DNA of 64,000 nucleotides from Candidatus Latescibacterota bacterium (GTDB lineage: Bacteria; Latescibacterota; UBA2968). This document shows positions 38,976 to 49,535 of this stretch, piece by piece. The position numbers were made by a program, and so were the translations under genes. The stretch covers positions 1,760,001-1,824,000 of the forward strand of contig OZ242010.1 of assembly GCA_965204745.1 (NCBI GenBank), in the 5' to 3' direction. Positions within the stretch are counted from its first letter, which is position 1. Each line of letters begins with the position of its first letter. A model generated the notes under the pieces. It was not told where the DNA came from. It did no database searches and saw nothing but the letters and a program-made list of their open reading frames with translations.

Positions 38976-41669
38976 ATGAAGAACACGGCTTTGGCGCGTG
39001 CGTACGACCCAAAAGACATCGAAAAGACATGGTATGGCTTTTGGCGGGAAAAGGGCTATTTTCGCCCCGAATTTCGGGCCGATGGGCAAGCCTTTACGGT
39101 GGCGATTCCGCCGCCCAATGTGACGGGCGAGTTGCACATGGGCCACGCGTTGCAACACGCGATCCACGACGCGATGATTCGCTACAAGCGCATGCAGGGG
39201 TTTCGCACCCTGTGTTTGCCCGGCACGGATCACGCGGGCATCGGCACGCAGATGAAGGTGGAACAAGCTATTTGGGAAACCGAAAAAAAGACCCGCCGCG
39301 AGTTGGGCCGCGAAGCCTTGCTCGAGCGGATCTGGGCGTGGCGAGAAAAATACGGCAGCACCATTTTGCGGCAGTTGCGCGACTTGGGATGCAGCTACGA
39401 CTGGTCGCGCGAGCGATTTACCATGGACGATGGCTATGTGCGCGCCGTGTTGGAAACCTTTGTGCGGTTTTACGAGCGGGGCTGGATCTATCGCGGCAAG
39501 CGCGTGGTGAACTGGTGCCCGCAGTGCGGCACGGTGATCTCAGACCTCGAAGTGGAAGAAAAAGAGATCCACAGCCACTTGTGGCACATTCGGTACCCAG
39601 GCATAGATGACGCGCCCGACGTGGTTGTGGCGACAACGCGGCCCGAGACCATGCTCGGCGATACCGGCGTGGCCGTGCATCCGTCCGACGTGCGCTGGCA
39701 ACACGCCGTGGGCCAACAAGTGATGTTGCCGCTGATGGATCGGCCCATTCCCATCGTGGCAGACGAGTACGCGGACCCGGAAATGGGCAGTGGCGCGGTG
39801 AAAGTGACGCCCGCGCACGATCCCAATGATTACGAGATCGGACAGCGTCACGGCTTGCCCGAAGTGGTGGTGATCGGCCTGGATGGCAAAATGACGGACG
39901 ACGCGGGCGCGTACGCCGGGCAGGACCGGTACGCATGCCGCAAAGCCGTGGTCCACGCGCTCGAACAGTTGGGAGCGATAGAGAAAATTGAGGATTATAC
40001 CCACGCCGTGCCGCATCACGACCGCTGCGGCACGGTGATCGAACCCATGTGCATGGAGCAGTGGTTTGTCGCCATGCGCGAGTTGGCGGACCTGATTTTG
40101 CCCCTGATGCGCGCATCCGAGATCGCGTACGTGCCGGACCGATTCCGCGCGTATTCTATCGAATGGCTGGAGAACATCCGCGATTGGTGCATTTCGCGGC
40201 AATTGTGGTGGGGGCACCGCATCCCGGTGTGGACGTGCCAAACGTGCGGCGAGGTGATGGTGCGCGTGGATCCCCCCGAAGTGTGTACCGCCTGCGGCAG
40301 CGCGGCGTTGGCGCAAGACCCGGACGTGCTCGATACGTGGTTTTCCTCGGCGCTGTGGCCCTTTGCGACCCTGGGATGGCCCGACGAAGACGCCGCGGAT
40401 TTGAAGGCGTTTCACCCCACGGATCTGATGATTACGGGCCGGGATATTTTGTACTTGTGGGTGATTCGGATGGTCATGACCGCGGTTGAGTTTGTGGGCG
40501 AGATTCCGTTTAAGACCGTGCTGGTTCACCCCACCGTGCAAACGCGAGACGGCAAGCGCATGAGCAAGTCCTTGGGCACGGGCATCGATCCGCGCGAATT
40601 GATCGACCGCTACGGCGCGGACGCCACGCGATTGTCGCTCTTGTACCAATGCGGCAGTTCGCAGGATATTCGGTTTGACGCGGACGTGAAAGACAACAAA
40701 TTGCAAAATTCGCCTATCGCGGAAATGTGCCGCAATTTTTGTAACAAAATCTGGAATGCCGCGCGCTTCGTGCATCTCAATCTGGCGGACCGCGATAGCC
40801 GCGATCCCGCGTTGCAGGCTCTGCCCGATTCCGTTGTCAATCTGGCCGACCGGTGGATTTTGAGCGCGTACCATCGCACGGTGTTGCAGGTCACACAGGC
40901 ATTGGAGGCGTATCGCTTTGACGAAGCCGCGCGCACCCTGTACGATTTTGTGTGGAGTACCTTTTGCGATTGGTACGTGGAAATGGCAAAAACGCGCCTC
41001 AATGCCGCCGATCAAAGCGCGCGCCAAACCGCGCAGTCGATTTTGTGCGTGGTGTTCGAGGGCACGCTGCGCTTGTTGCACCCCATCGCGCCCTTTATTT
41101 CCGAAGCGTTGTGGCAAACATTCCCCCGCGATGGCGAGGCGTTGATCGTCGCGCCCTGGCCCAAGTGCGACGAGGCGCGATTCGATACCGAGGCCGAGCG
41201 CGACATGGCACTCATGCAGGATGTGGTGGGCACTGTGCGTCAAATCCGAGGGGCGATGCGCGTTCCCCCCGGCAAGCGCGTGGCGGTGGCACTCAAGACC
41301 GATTCCGAGTCCGCACAGGCGATTTTGATGTCCGTTACCGGCTACGTGAAGGCATTGGCCCGGGTTGAAACCCCGACCATTGGCGCGGATATCGAACGCC
41401 CCTCCGCGTCTGCGAGTGCTGTGGTCCGCGACATAGAAATTTTCGTGCCCTTGGCCGGGGTGATCGACCTTCAGGTGGAACGCCAGCGGTTGCAAAAGGA
41501 GATCACCGGCTTGGAAAACGCGCTGATCGGCTTGGAAAGAAAATTGGGCAACCCGGGCTTTTTGAACAATGCCCCGACCCATGTGGTGGCAAAAGAGCGC
41601 GAGCGCGAGCGCGAGTACCGCGAGACCCTGTCGAAGTTGCGGGAAAACCTGTCCGCGCTCGCGGAGTGA
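38976..41669 (+). CDS. valS: Valine--tRNA ligase
   Basis: PPPNVTGELHMGH, TDHAGI, ATTRPETMLGD, DWCISRQLWWGHRIP, RMSKS. Confidence 0.98.
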   Translation: MKNTALARAYDPKDIEKTWYGFWREKGYFRPEFRADGQAFTVAIPPPNVTGELHMGHALQHAIHDAMIRYKRMQGFRTLCLPGTDHAGIGTQMKVEQAIWETEKKTRRELGREALLERIWAWREKYGSTILRQLRDLGCSYDWSRERFTMDDGYVRAVLETFVRFYERGWIYRGKRVVNWCPQCGTVISDLEVEEKEIHSHLWHIRYPGIDDAPDVVVATTRPETMLGDTGVAVHPSDVRWQHAVGQQVMLPLMDRPIPIVADEYADPEMGSGAVKVTPAHDPNDYEIGQRHGLPEVVVIGLDGKMTDDAGAYAGQDRYACRKAVVHALEQLGAIEKIEDYTHAVPHHDRCGTVIEPMCMEQWFVAMRELADLILPLMRASEIAYVPDRFRAYSIEWLENIRDWCISRQLWWGHRIPVWTCQTCGEVMVRVDPPEVCTACGSAALAQDPDVLDTWFSSALWPFATLGWPDEDAADLKAFHPTDLMITGRDILYLWVIRMVMTAVEFVGEIPFKTVLVHPTVQTRDGKRMSKSLGTGIDPRELIDRYGADATRLSLLYQCGSSQDIRFDADVKDNKLQNSPIAEMCRNFCNKIWNAARFVHLNLADRDSRDPALQALPDSVVNLADRWILSAYHRTVLQVTQALEAYRFDEAARTLYDFVWSTFCDWYVEMAKTRLNAADQSARQTAQSILCVVFEGTLRLLHPIAPFISEALWQTFPRDGEALIVAPWPKCDEARFDTEAERDMALMQDVVGTVRQIRGAMRVPPGKRVAVALKTDSESAQAILMSVTGYVKALARVETPTIGADIERPSASASAVVRDIEIFVPLAGVIDLQVERQRLQKEITGLENALIGLERKLGNPGFLNNAPTHVVAKEREREREYRETLSKLRENLSALAE

Positions 41670-41747
41670 AGAAGCGAGGGCGTAAGGGCGTAAGGGCATA
41701 AAATTTTACGCCCTTACATTTGTAGGTCTAAAGGATCGGAGATTGTT

Positions 41748-42743
41748 ATGGCTGACGTCAGATTTGGTATCATCGGGCTTGGGCGTGGGCGCACGGCTGC
41801 CAAGCAGGCCGCAGAAGCAGAGGGGGCCGCGTTGGCCTGCGTGTGCGATTTGCAAGCGGACAAGGCCGAGGATGTGGCCCATGCATTGGGATGCGACTGG
41901 ACAACGGATTACAAAGCGATGATCGCACGCGACGATGTCGATGCGGTCGGCATCTATACCTCCAGCGGCACGCATTGCGATTACGCCATCGAAGCCATTG
42001 CAGCGGGCAAACACGCATTTGTCACCAAGCCGATGGACATTCTCGTGGAGAAATGCGACGCGGCGATTCGCGCTGCAAAAGACGCGGGCAAGGTGCTCGC
42101 AGTGGATTTCGGAAATCGCTATTCCAAAGCCAATCAGCAGTTGAAAGCCGCCCTGGATCAGGGCATCATCGGGCAGATTTTTTTGGGCGACGTGAAGATG
42201 AAGTGGTGGCGCGAGCAGAGTTATTACAACGGGGGATTTCCCGCCGGATGGCGTAGCCGCAAAGAAACCGAGGGCGGGTCAATCGCCAATCAAGGCGTGC
42301 ATTTTGTCGATCTGATCTGCTGGCTACTCGGCCCGGTCAAAGAGGTCTATGGACGCAGCGCGACCATGACCCACGACATTGAGACCGAAGACATCACCAT
42401 CGCGCAGTTGACGTTTCAAAGCGGCGCGTGGGGTCTGATTACGACTACGACATCGAGTTATCCGAATTTGGGCACCCAAGTGGAGATCAGCGGCACAGAA
42501 GGCACAGTGAGATGGGATCAACGCGGCGGCGTAGAAGTCATCACCAAAGACGAGGAAGCCGTGGATTTGAGTCAGTTCGACATACCCGCCGCACCCGCCA
42601 ATATCGCAGAGGATATGGTGGCGGCAATCACAAAAGGTACGCCCCCTCTGGTGCCGGGCGAGGAAGGCAAGAAATCCGTAGAGGTCTTCTGCGCGGCTTA
42701 TGCGTCCTCAAAATCGGGCACGCCCGTGGTTGTCGATCAATAG
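41748..42743 (+). CDS. Gfo/Idh/MocA-family oxidoreductase
   Basis: GIIGLG, GKHAFVTKP, GGSIANQGVHFVD. Confidence 0.9.
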   Translation: MADVRFGIIGLGRGRTAAKQAAEAEGAALACVCDLQADKAEDVAHALGCDWTTDYKAMIARDDVDAVGIYTSSGTHCDYAIEAIAAGKHAFVTKPMDILVEKCDAAIRAAKDAGKVLAVDFGNRYSKANQQLKAALDQGIIGQIFLGDVKMKWWREQSYYNGGFPAGWRSRKETEGGSIANQGVHFVDLICWLLGPVKEVYGRSATMTHDIETEDITIAQLTFQSGAWGLITTTTSSYPNLGTQVEISGTEGTVRWDQRGGVEVITKDEEAVDLSQFDIPAAPANIAEDMVAAITKGTPPLVPGEEGKKSVEVFCAAYASSKSGTPVVVDQ

Positions 42744-42782
42744 GGGTAAAAAAAAATACTCCCCTCCCCGAATCGGGAAGGG

Positions 42783-44152
42783 GGTAAGTAACAGTTCGCT
42801 ATAATCGTATCGTATCGTATAAAATCGTATATTATCGAGCGAAAGCAGTTGGTGTTGAAGATTGGATAGGTCAATGGTTAAGACGCACAAAAATGCACTG
42901 AAGCCGAATAAAGCCCAGGCGACGCGGTTGTCAAAGCACTGTGGCTATGCTCGTGTTGCGTATAATCACGCCCTCAATGCGTTCAAACACGCCCTGGATA
43001 TGGGCGTGTTTAAGTCGGTCTATACGCTCAAGCGGGAGTTCAATGCGGTCAAGTATGCCGAGTATGAATGGTCTGTCGAGTTGTCGCAGAACGCATCAAA
43101 GAACGCCATTCACGATTTGGACTTTGCCATCAAGAGGTGGCAAGACAAGAAATCGCCAGCGAGGTTTCCAAAACACCGCAAGCGGTCTGGTAAGCGTGCG
43201 TACCAAGCCGATAATGGGCCCGGTACGGTCAAGGTGGACGGCAAAAAGGTCTATCTCCCCAAAATTGGTTGGGTCAAGATGGCTGAGCGTCTGCGCTTTC
43301 CCGGCGAGATTGTCAAAGCCACGGTGACAAAGACGCATGGCCGCTGGTTTGTTTGTCTATCTGTCGATACTGGCGAGGCTGTGCCCGATAAGCGGTCTGG
43401 TGAACCCATCGGCATTGACATGGGCATCAAGACGCTGGCAACCTATTCGGACGGCACAACGATAGACAATCCAAAAGGATCAATTGATACGCAGTATCGG
43501 AAGTTGCGCCGAGTAGATAAAGCCATCGCACGCTCAAAGCATGTGCATGGCAAGAACCAACGCAGTAATCGCAGGCAACGCTTGTATGACCAACGCCAGC
43601 GCATCTACGGACGCATCACAACCATTCGCAACGATGTTCATCACAAAGCCACTTCCGCTTTGGTCAAAGTGACGACCGTTGGCAAGGTGATTGTCGAAAC
43701 GCTGAATGTCGCCGGTATGCGCCGCAACAAAAGCCTGTCGCGTGCGTTCCACCGCGCCGGCATCGCAGGCTTCTTGCGTATGTTGGCGTATAAGTGCGAA
43801 TGGTCTGGCGTGGCCTTTGAGAAAGCCGACAGGTGGTTTGCCAGCACGAAGACATGCTCTGGCTGTGGACAGCGCAAGGTTGCGATGGATTTGTCAGAGC
43901 GTGAGTATGTCTGCTTGTCCTGCGGACTAGTTCTTGACCGCGATTTGAACGCGGCAAGAAATCTTGCACAATACGACGCGGCAAGCCCTGCCGAGTCGAT
44001 AAACGGATGTGGAGGAACGATAAGACGGACACGAGGTTGTAAGCGCGTGGACGCACGCCCAAAGAAGCGTCAATCGAATCAACTGTCATTGGCTTTTGTG
44101 TAGCATGCGATAGTATGCGATAAAGTCGATTTCATACAATTTGAAGGAGCGG
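42783..44152 (+). mobile_element. Non-autonomous IS607-like (IS200/IS605 superfamily) TnpB element
   Basis: GG at both inferred ends, short direct repeats (TCGTA)n at the left end, no tnpA. Confidence 0.65.
42874..44103 (+). CDS. tnpB: RNA-guided endonuclease TnpB
   Basis: N-terminal HTH, GIDMG, IVETLNV, CSGC..CLSC zinc finger, DRDLNAA. Confidence 0.95.
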   Translation: MVKTHKNALKPNKAQATRLSKHCGYARVAYNHALNAFKHALDMGVFKSVYTLKREFNAVKYAEYEWSVELSQNASKNAIHDLDFAIKRWQDKKSPARFPKHRKRSGKRAYQADNGPGTVKVDGKKVYLPKIGWVKMAERLRFPGEIVKATVTKTHGRWFVCLSVDTGEAVPDKRSGEPIGIDMGIKTLATYSDGTTIDNPKGSIDTQYRKLRRVDKAIARSKHVHGKNQRSNRRQRLYDQRQRIYGRITTIRNDVHHKATSALVKVTTVGKVIVETLNVAGMRRNKSLSRAFHRAGIAGFLRMLAYKCEWSGVAFEKADRWFASTKTCSGCGQRKVAMDLSEREYVCLSCGLVLDRDLNAARNLAQYDAASPAESINGCGGTIRRTRGCKRVDARPKKRQSNQLSLAFV

Positions 44153-44171
44153 CATATTTCGTTACTCTGCC

Positions 44172-44666
44172 ATGGCTGAATCATTGGAAATCGCACTCGG
44201 CAAGGTGCTCCGAGAACGCGGTTGGACCATCGCGGTTGCGGAAACCACGACCGGGGGCCTGATCAGTGCCCGCATCGTCGCAGTGCCGGGCAGTTCGACC
44301 TATTTCGAGCGCGGGGTCGTTGCGTATAGCAAGGCGTCCAAATGCGAGATGCTCGGCATAGACGAGCAGGCACTCAACACTTATGGCGCGGTGAGCGCGG
44401 AAGCGGCCCGCGCCATGGCCATAGGCATACAAAAAGCGAGCGGTGCGAATTTGGGCTTGGCCGAAACCGGCATCGCAGGCCCGATTCGCGGTCGATCCCC
44501 AAAACCCATCGGCACAGCGTACATCGCCCTTGCCAGCGCGACGGGTGTGACGTGCAAACGAGTTCAATTCCCCGGCGACCGCGATGCCATTCGCAACGCC
44601 ATCACAACAGCGGCCCTGCAACTGGCGATTAAAGCGGTGAAAGCAACCCCCGATAATCACGGATGA
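44172..44666 (+). CDS. CinA/PncC-family NMN deamidase
   Basis: AVAETTTGG, PGSS, YS...K, GAVS, TGIAGP. Confidence 0.88.
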   Translation: MAESLEIALGKVLRERGWTIAVAETTTGGLISARIVAVPGSSTYFERGVVAYSKASKCEMLGIDEQALNTYGAVSAEAARAMAIGIQKASGANLGLAETGIAGPIRGRSPKPIGTAYIALASATGVTCKRVQFPGDRDAIRNAITTAALQLAIKAVKATPDNHG

Positions 44667-44979
44667 ACACCGATAAGAAGCGCGTAGTGGCGAGGCCACT
44701 GGATTAAGGCGTTCCAGTGCAGGCCCTTCGAGCAACGCGAAAATCGCGCATACCGGCGTGACGAATGACGGCAGGGCTTTGTCTTCAGACGGGCACGGGG
44801 CAAGTCTCGGTTTTGGGCGGCAGGGCGGGGCGGCCTTCTCACCTCTCCCATCTCACGCCTTTCGGCCGGGCCGGGCGGCAGGGCGGGGACTGACCACTGA
44901 CCGCTTGATTACCATTGATTTTTTGCTCTTCCAAATGTATTTTTTTGCACATTGTTCAACCATGACTCTGGAGGCTCGT

Positions 44980-45327
44980 ATGAAAATTTCGGAAAAAATT
45001 CGCGACGATGTCGCGGTCTTGACCCTGTCGGGCGAATTGATGAGCGGCCCCGAAGTCGCCCCATTTCAAGACCACATCAAGAAACTCGTCAGCGAGGGCA
45101 TGAAAAAAGTGGTGGTCGATTTTTCCAAGGTGCGATGGTTTGGCAGTGCTATGCTGGGCGTGCTAACCGCGAGTTTGACCACATTGCGCGGCGAAGGCGG
45201 CGATTTGCGGCTGACCGGTGTCACCCGAAAGATCGAGAGCATTTTGATGGTGACGCAGTTGGCGAATATCTTTCAAACCCTCGACACCATAGATAGGGCT
45301 GTGGAGAGTTTTGCAGACGACGCCTAG
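44980..45327 (+). CDS. STAS-domain anti-sigma factor antagonist
   Basis: GGAGG RBS; VLTLSGEL, VVVDFSKVRWFGSAMLG. Confidence 0.88.
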   Translation: MKISEKIRDDVAVLTLSGELMSGPEVAPFQDHIKKLVSEGMKKVVVDFSKVRWFGSAMLGVLTASLTTLRGEGGDLRLTGVTRKIESILMVTQLANIFQTLDTIDRAVESFADDA

Positions 45328-45391
45328 CGTTTCTCGTTGTCGAAAATCCCGCGTTGCGTTTTGCAACTCCTATTAAACGTTTGCCAAACCC

Positions 45392-45482
45392 ATGAAAGTG
45401 AAACAGCCATGCGCGGCGATGGCGCGGTTTTGACGGTATCGAGCACGCTGATGAGTGGGCCTACGCTCGTGCCTTTTCACAC
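45392..45482 (+). pseudogene. Truncated second STAS paralog
   Basis: MRGDGAVLTVSSTLMSGPTLVPFH aligns with IRDDVAVLTLSGELMSGPEVAPFQ. Confidence 0.7.
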
Positions 45483-45902
45483 CTATTCCGTATTCTGTCC
45501 CTGGGGGATTGCGGTCAAGGTGAACGGATTTGCGATTGTGGTCTCGCCGAAACGCTTGAGGAGTTGGGCCTCGTTGCGCGCGTCGATATTCTCATCGCGG
45601 AGAATACGCTGAATGGCCGGTTGCTTCAAGCCGGGGATGCGAATGGCGAAAAACGGCCACAACGCTTCGGATTCGTAGTGCTTGTCCAGACGCGGAAAGT
45701 TGGTGATCGGATAAATATCCTTCTTGCGCCGGAAGGCATCGGTGTACTCGAAATGCCACTTGCCGTCGTGGAGCCATAGACGGCCCACCTCCAAGTCGCG
45801 GTCTTGCAACAGGAAGTCGGCTTCCTCGTGTTTCGGGGGACGGAGGCCCTCCCGGCCATCTTGGCGGGATAGCATCTTTTTTAGAGTCGAGATCGAGATC
45901 AT
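45483..45902 (-). CDS. HipA N-terminal-domain (HipS-like) protein
   Basis: VGRL...WHFEY, Y.SEALWPFFA.RIP, LL..FG; ATGA overlap with the kinase stop. Confidence 0.8.
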   Translation of the reverse strand: MISISTLKKMLSRQDGREGLRPPKHEEADFLLQDRDLEVGRLWLHDGKWHFEYTDAFRRKKDIYPITNFPRLDKHYESEALWPFFAIRIPGLKQPAIQRILRDENIDARNEAQLLKRFGETTIANPFTLTAIPQGQNTE

Positions 45903-46951
45903 GGGGATTCCTCTGTTGAGGTGTCGGAAACGGTCATCAATTCCAAACGCTGTTTTAAGCAGGTCAGGATCATCTCCCGTCGCAAGGGACTCATGAGTAG
46001 GCTGAACTCGGTGGCGAGCATCTCTTGAACCCGTTGTAAGAGTTGGGGACGACAAAGGGCCTCCAATGCTGGACGAAGCGCGGGATAAGCGCGGTGGATT
46101 TTCTGGATCAGGGCGAAATGATTGAGGTTTTTCTCACCATCCCACCCTGTCTTTGGACGCGAGTTCTCGATGTACCGCTTGAGGAAAGTCGGCAGTCGAT
46201 TCGGATCGGGAGTTTGTTTAATGGCTTGCAGTTTCAACTCCGAGTCGTTCCAGAAAAGTGCCCGTGCGCTGTCGTAAATAGGCGAAAAATAAGGATCGTG
46301 CTCGCATCTTTTGTGAACGACCACCCCCCAATTGTAATGGTGTCGGTCATTATTGCCCACGATAGCGTCAAAAGCGAGCATCCGAGTGTACTCCTTTAGA
46401 ATGGAACGTGCTTGGTCAGGGAACTGCCCTCGAATTGCCTCCGCAACAAACTGGAATGTGAACAAGTCTCGGGTCTCGCCAGCCTGCTCAACCTCCTCTA
46501 CAAACGCCTCATCTTCCAAGTAACCTCCGAAAATCTCGGCTCCGTGAACGAGTTTTTGATTGCGCCCGAGAAAATACCGGCTTAGAAAGCGAACCTGCCC
46601 ATGCGCTGAAACGAGGGAAGATTCGGCCATTTGCAGGCCGAGTAATTGTCCGATTCGCGTAAGCAGGTGCTCTGTGACAGATTCATTGGGATACCATTTA
46701 TGTCCAACCTTGGCAATATACGCAGGCCACTTGCGAGGATTGGATCGCTTGCCCATTCCGTAGGTGTAGGCGCGTATGAAGTTCTTTGGCGCGTCACCGG
46801 CAATGGCTTGGTCCACGACGTAATAATATCCCTTGCGAAGCGGCGGCAACGCGCTTTGGCTGTTTATCTCGAAGCCAGACCGATTGATCACGTTCTCACG
46901 AGATAGCCGTTGCTTCAATAGACCAGAGCGATAGAGGGGGCGAATTGGCAC
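45899..46951 (-). CDS. HipA-like Ser/Thr kinase
   Basis: GDAPK, YIAK, E.L, DAIVGNNDRHHYNWG, FSPIYDSA. Confidence 0.85.
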   Translation of the reverse strand: MPIRPLYRSGLLKQRLSRENVINRSGFEINSQSALPPLRKGYYYVVDQAIAGDAPKNFIRAYTYGMGKRSNPRKWPAYIAKVGHKWYPNESVTEHLLTRIGQLLGLQMAESSLVSAHGQVRFLSRYFLGRNQKLVHGAEIFGGYLEDEAFVEEVEQAGETRDLFTFQFVAEAIRGQFPDQARSILKEYTRMLAFDAIVGNNDRHHYNWGVVVHKRCEHDPYFSPIYDSARALFWNDSELKLQAIKQTPDPNRLPTFLKRYIENSRPKTGWDGEKNLNHFALIQKIHRAYPALRPALEALCRPQLLQRVQEMLATEFSLLMSPLRREMILTCLKQRLELMTVSDTSTEESP

Positions 46952-47194
46952 AGTAGTTTATTTGACGACCACATTATTCATTCGGAGCGTTACAAAACAC
47001 TTTTGACCACCCAAACACGTCACTTTTTTTGCTTGAGCAGGTTGTCGGAATCTCCTGCCTATGTCAAGTTGTAAATTTCATTGATTTCGCGTAGCAGTTC
47101 TGCCGCGCTGTTATTTTGCTTTACACGCAAACCCTTTTTGCATATCATTTTGACGCTTTTGGACGATGTGTTCACACCCATAGGAGATCGCGTG

Positions 47195-47479
47195 ATGGCC
47201 GCCAAAATTTCGACGATATTTACGGACTATGAAGAAGCCAACAAGGGTTTGGATCAGACGAGCAGCAAGTTCGATACGGAGCAGGAAACCCCGGTTGAAG
47301 AGTATTGCTGCATCACGGGCGAGCCGGTGAAAGCGAGTTTTTGCCGGTACCCGGACGAGAAAGAAGGCACGATGATGGTCATGTCAAAAGAGCAGATGCT
47401 TTGCCACTCCCGCAATGGGGGCAGTATTTCAGAGGTTTTCAAACAGGTTTTGACGCTTCGCCGAAAGCGGGAAAAATAA
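47195..47479 (+). CDS. Hypothetical protein
   Basis: AGGAG RBS; open frame; no motif recognised. Confidence 0.55.
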   Translation: MAAKISTIFTDYEEANKGLDQTSSKFDTEQETPVEEYCCITGEPVKASFCRYPDEKEGTMMVMSKEQMLCHSRNGGSISEVFKQVLTLRRKREK

Positions 47480-47536
47480 GCGGTATCCCGCATTCGGCGA
47501 GCATTTCCCCCGCTATCCCCTCCACTTTTTTGAGAC

Positions 47537-48421
47537 ATGCGCGTGAAAGACGGCGTTTTGAAATACGGTTTTGTAGGCCCCGCGCTGATCTTTCTCATCG
47601 CTTTCAACGTCTTTCCCCTCCTCTACAATATTTACCTCAGCTTTACGGATGCCGAACTCAGCGGCGGATTGGCGCGGGCTGTCGGCGGGCGCAACTACGG
47701 CGTCATTTTCGACGACACGCGCTACGGCGCGGCCCTTCGCACAACCGGGCTCTTCGTGGTTCTATCAGTCGGGGTCGAACTCATTTTGGGCTTTGCCCTG
47801 GCCCTGGCCCTTCGCAAACCCTTTTGGGGCAAGCCCGTGGTGACGACCGTCCTCCTCGTGCCCATGATGCTCTCTCCGGCGGTGATGGGCCTGTACTGGA
47901 ATTTTATCCTGAATGGTCATTACGGCGTCGTGAACCAAGCCCTAGCTGTTGTTGGCCTTTTTCAACCGCAATGGCTGACGGACCCGGATTTGAAACTCCT
48001 GTCCATTTTGATGATCGACATCTGGATGTGGACGCCGTTTATGATGCTCATTGCCCTTGCAGGTCTCAACGCCATTCCCCCGCATTTGTACGAGGCCGCG
48101 GCCATTGATCGCGCGTCCAACTGGACGGTTTTTCGGCGCATTACCCTGCCCTTGTGCTCGCCCCTCCTCTTTCTCGCGGTCTTGTTGCGTACCACCGATG
48201 CCCTCAAGCAATTCGATTTGGTAATGGCGGTGACCGGGCCGAATGATCGCGCGACGCAAACCCTGAGTGCCTTGCTCTATCAGGTGATGTTTCGCGGGTA
48301 TAAAATCGGGTTGGGCAGCGCGTATAGCCTCGTCATTCTCGGGATCGTCATCGCGCTCGCCAGTGTTTTTATCCGCTACATCGCGGGCATTCACGCGAAA
48401 CAGGGGAGGGATGTGGCATGA
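47537..48421 (+). CDS. Carbohydrate ABC transporter permease
   Basis: WMWTPF, LYEAAAIDRA, ITLP, FD. Confidence 0.92.
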   Translation: MRVKDGVLKYGFVGPALIFLIAFNVFPLLYNIYLSFTDAELSGGLARAVGGRNYGVIFDDTRYGAALRTTGLFVVLSVGVELILGFALALALRKPFWGKPVVTTVLLVPMMLSPAVMGLYWNFILNGHYGVVNQALAVVGLFQPQWLTDPDLKLLSILMIDIWMWTPFMMLIALAGLNAIPPHLYEAAAIDRASNWTVFRRITLPLCSPLLFLAVLLRTTDALKQFDLVMAVTGPNDRATQTLSALLYQVMFRGYKIGLGSAYSLVILGIVIALASVFIRYIAGIHAKQGRDVA

Positions 48422-49281
48422 GGTTTTGGCGATGGCTCGTTATCGCGCCCTATTTTTTGTTGGCAACCCTGCCGTTGTGCTGGCTTTTTTTGACGTCGTT
48501 GAAAACGCAGGAGGCCGCAATCAGTTCTACGGCGTCTCTCATTCCGACTGCTGATGAGCATGTCGCGCCCGGCGGACTCAAATTTTCCGCTACGGGGGAC
48601 GCGTACCGCAAGTTGGCAACGCCGCACACGGGCAAGGCGCACGCCTTTTTTCACTACTTGTTCAACAGCGTCATCATCGGCCTGCTCAGCACGTTGGCGT
48701 CGGTCGTTCTCGGAACGGGTTGTGCGTATGGCTTTAGCCGATTCCGCATTGCAGGTGCGCGAGATTGGCTTTTTTTTATTTTGTCCACCCGGTTTCTGCC
48801 GCCGCTCGCGGTCGTGGTTCCGGTGTTGATGATGTACCGCTTGTTCGACCTGCCCAATACACACTTGGGCCTCATCCTGCTCTACACGGCGTTCAACCTG
48901 TCGCTCGCGGTCTGGCTGATGAAGGGGTTTATCGACGACATTCCCCGCGCGTATGAGGAAGCCGCGCTCGTGGATGGATACAGCCCGTTTCAGGCGTTTT
49001 ACAAAATCATCTTGCCCCACTCGGCGACCGGCATGGCGGTGACAGCGGTTTTCTGTTTGATTTCCGCGTGGAATGAATACGGGTTCGCGCTCGCGCTCAA
49101 CAATGCAGAAGCCGTAACTGTGCCGGTGTATTTTGCCGGGCTTCAAGGCAATATCCAAGGCATCCCCTGGCCGCAAATCGCCGCGGGCGTGCTCATTTTC
49201 GTCGCGCCCATCGCGATTTTCACCGTGCTCGTCCGCAAGCACCTGCTGCGCGGGGTGACGTTTGGGACGATTAAGCAGTGA
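48418..49281 (+). CDS. Carbohydrate ABC transporter permease
   Basis: NS, EEAALVDG, AWNEY. Confidence 0.92.
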   Translation: MRFWRWLVIAPYFLLATLPLCWLFLTSLKTQEAAISSTASLIPTADEHVAPGGLKFSATGDAYRKLATPHTGKAHAFFHYLFNSVIIGLLSTLASVVLGTGCAYGFSRFRIAGARDWLFFILSTRFLPPLAVVVPVLMMYRLFDLPNTHLGLILLYTAFNLSLAVWLMKGFIDDIPRAYEEAALVDGYSPFQAFYKIILPHSATGMAVTAVFCLISAWNEYGFALALNNAEAVTVPVYFAGLQGNIQGIPWPQIAAGVLIFVAPIAIFTVLVRKHLLRGVTFGTIKQ

Positions 49282-49535
49282 AGCAAGACGGAAGACGGAA
49301 GACGGGAGAAGACCTACACTCACTGCTCGCCTTTTGTGTTTTTGTGCCTTTGAACTGGCTGTCGCCAGTTGTACCCCGCTCGTGGCTAACCCCCATCTCG
49401 CTTGGGCGCGGTGCGGTGCGGAGACTGACTACTTCCCTCAATCCGCAACATGTGGAAGGAAATCCCCTCGCTATCCCTCTATATGGAGAATATCGGTTGC
49501 GGGGGTTCAAAGTACAGTTCCAAGGCACCTAAGCT

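Noticed and set aside
39540-41699. Long antisense ORFs (719 aa here; also 18471-20054, 34616-35668, 16430-17404)
   Set aside because: Shadows of GC-rich genes (valS, metG/holB, proB, IS110) with no motifs.
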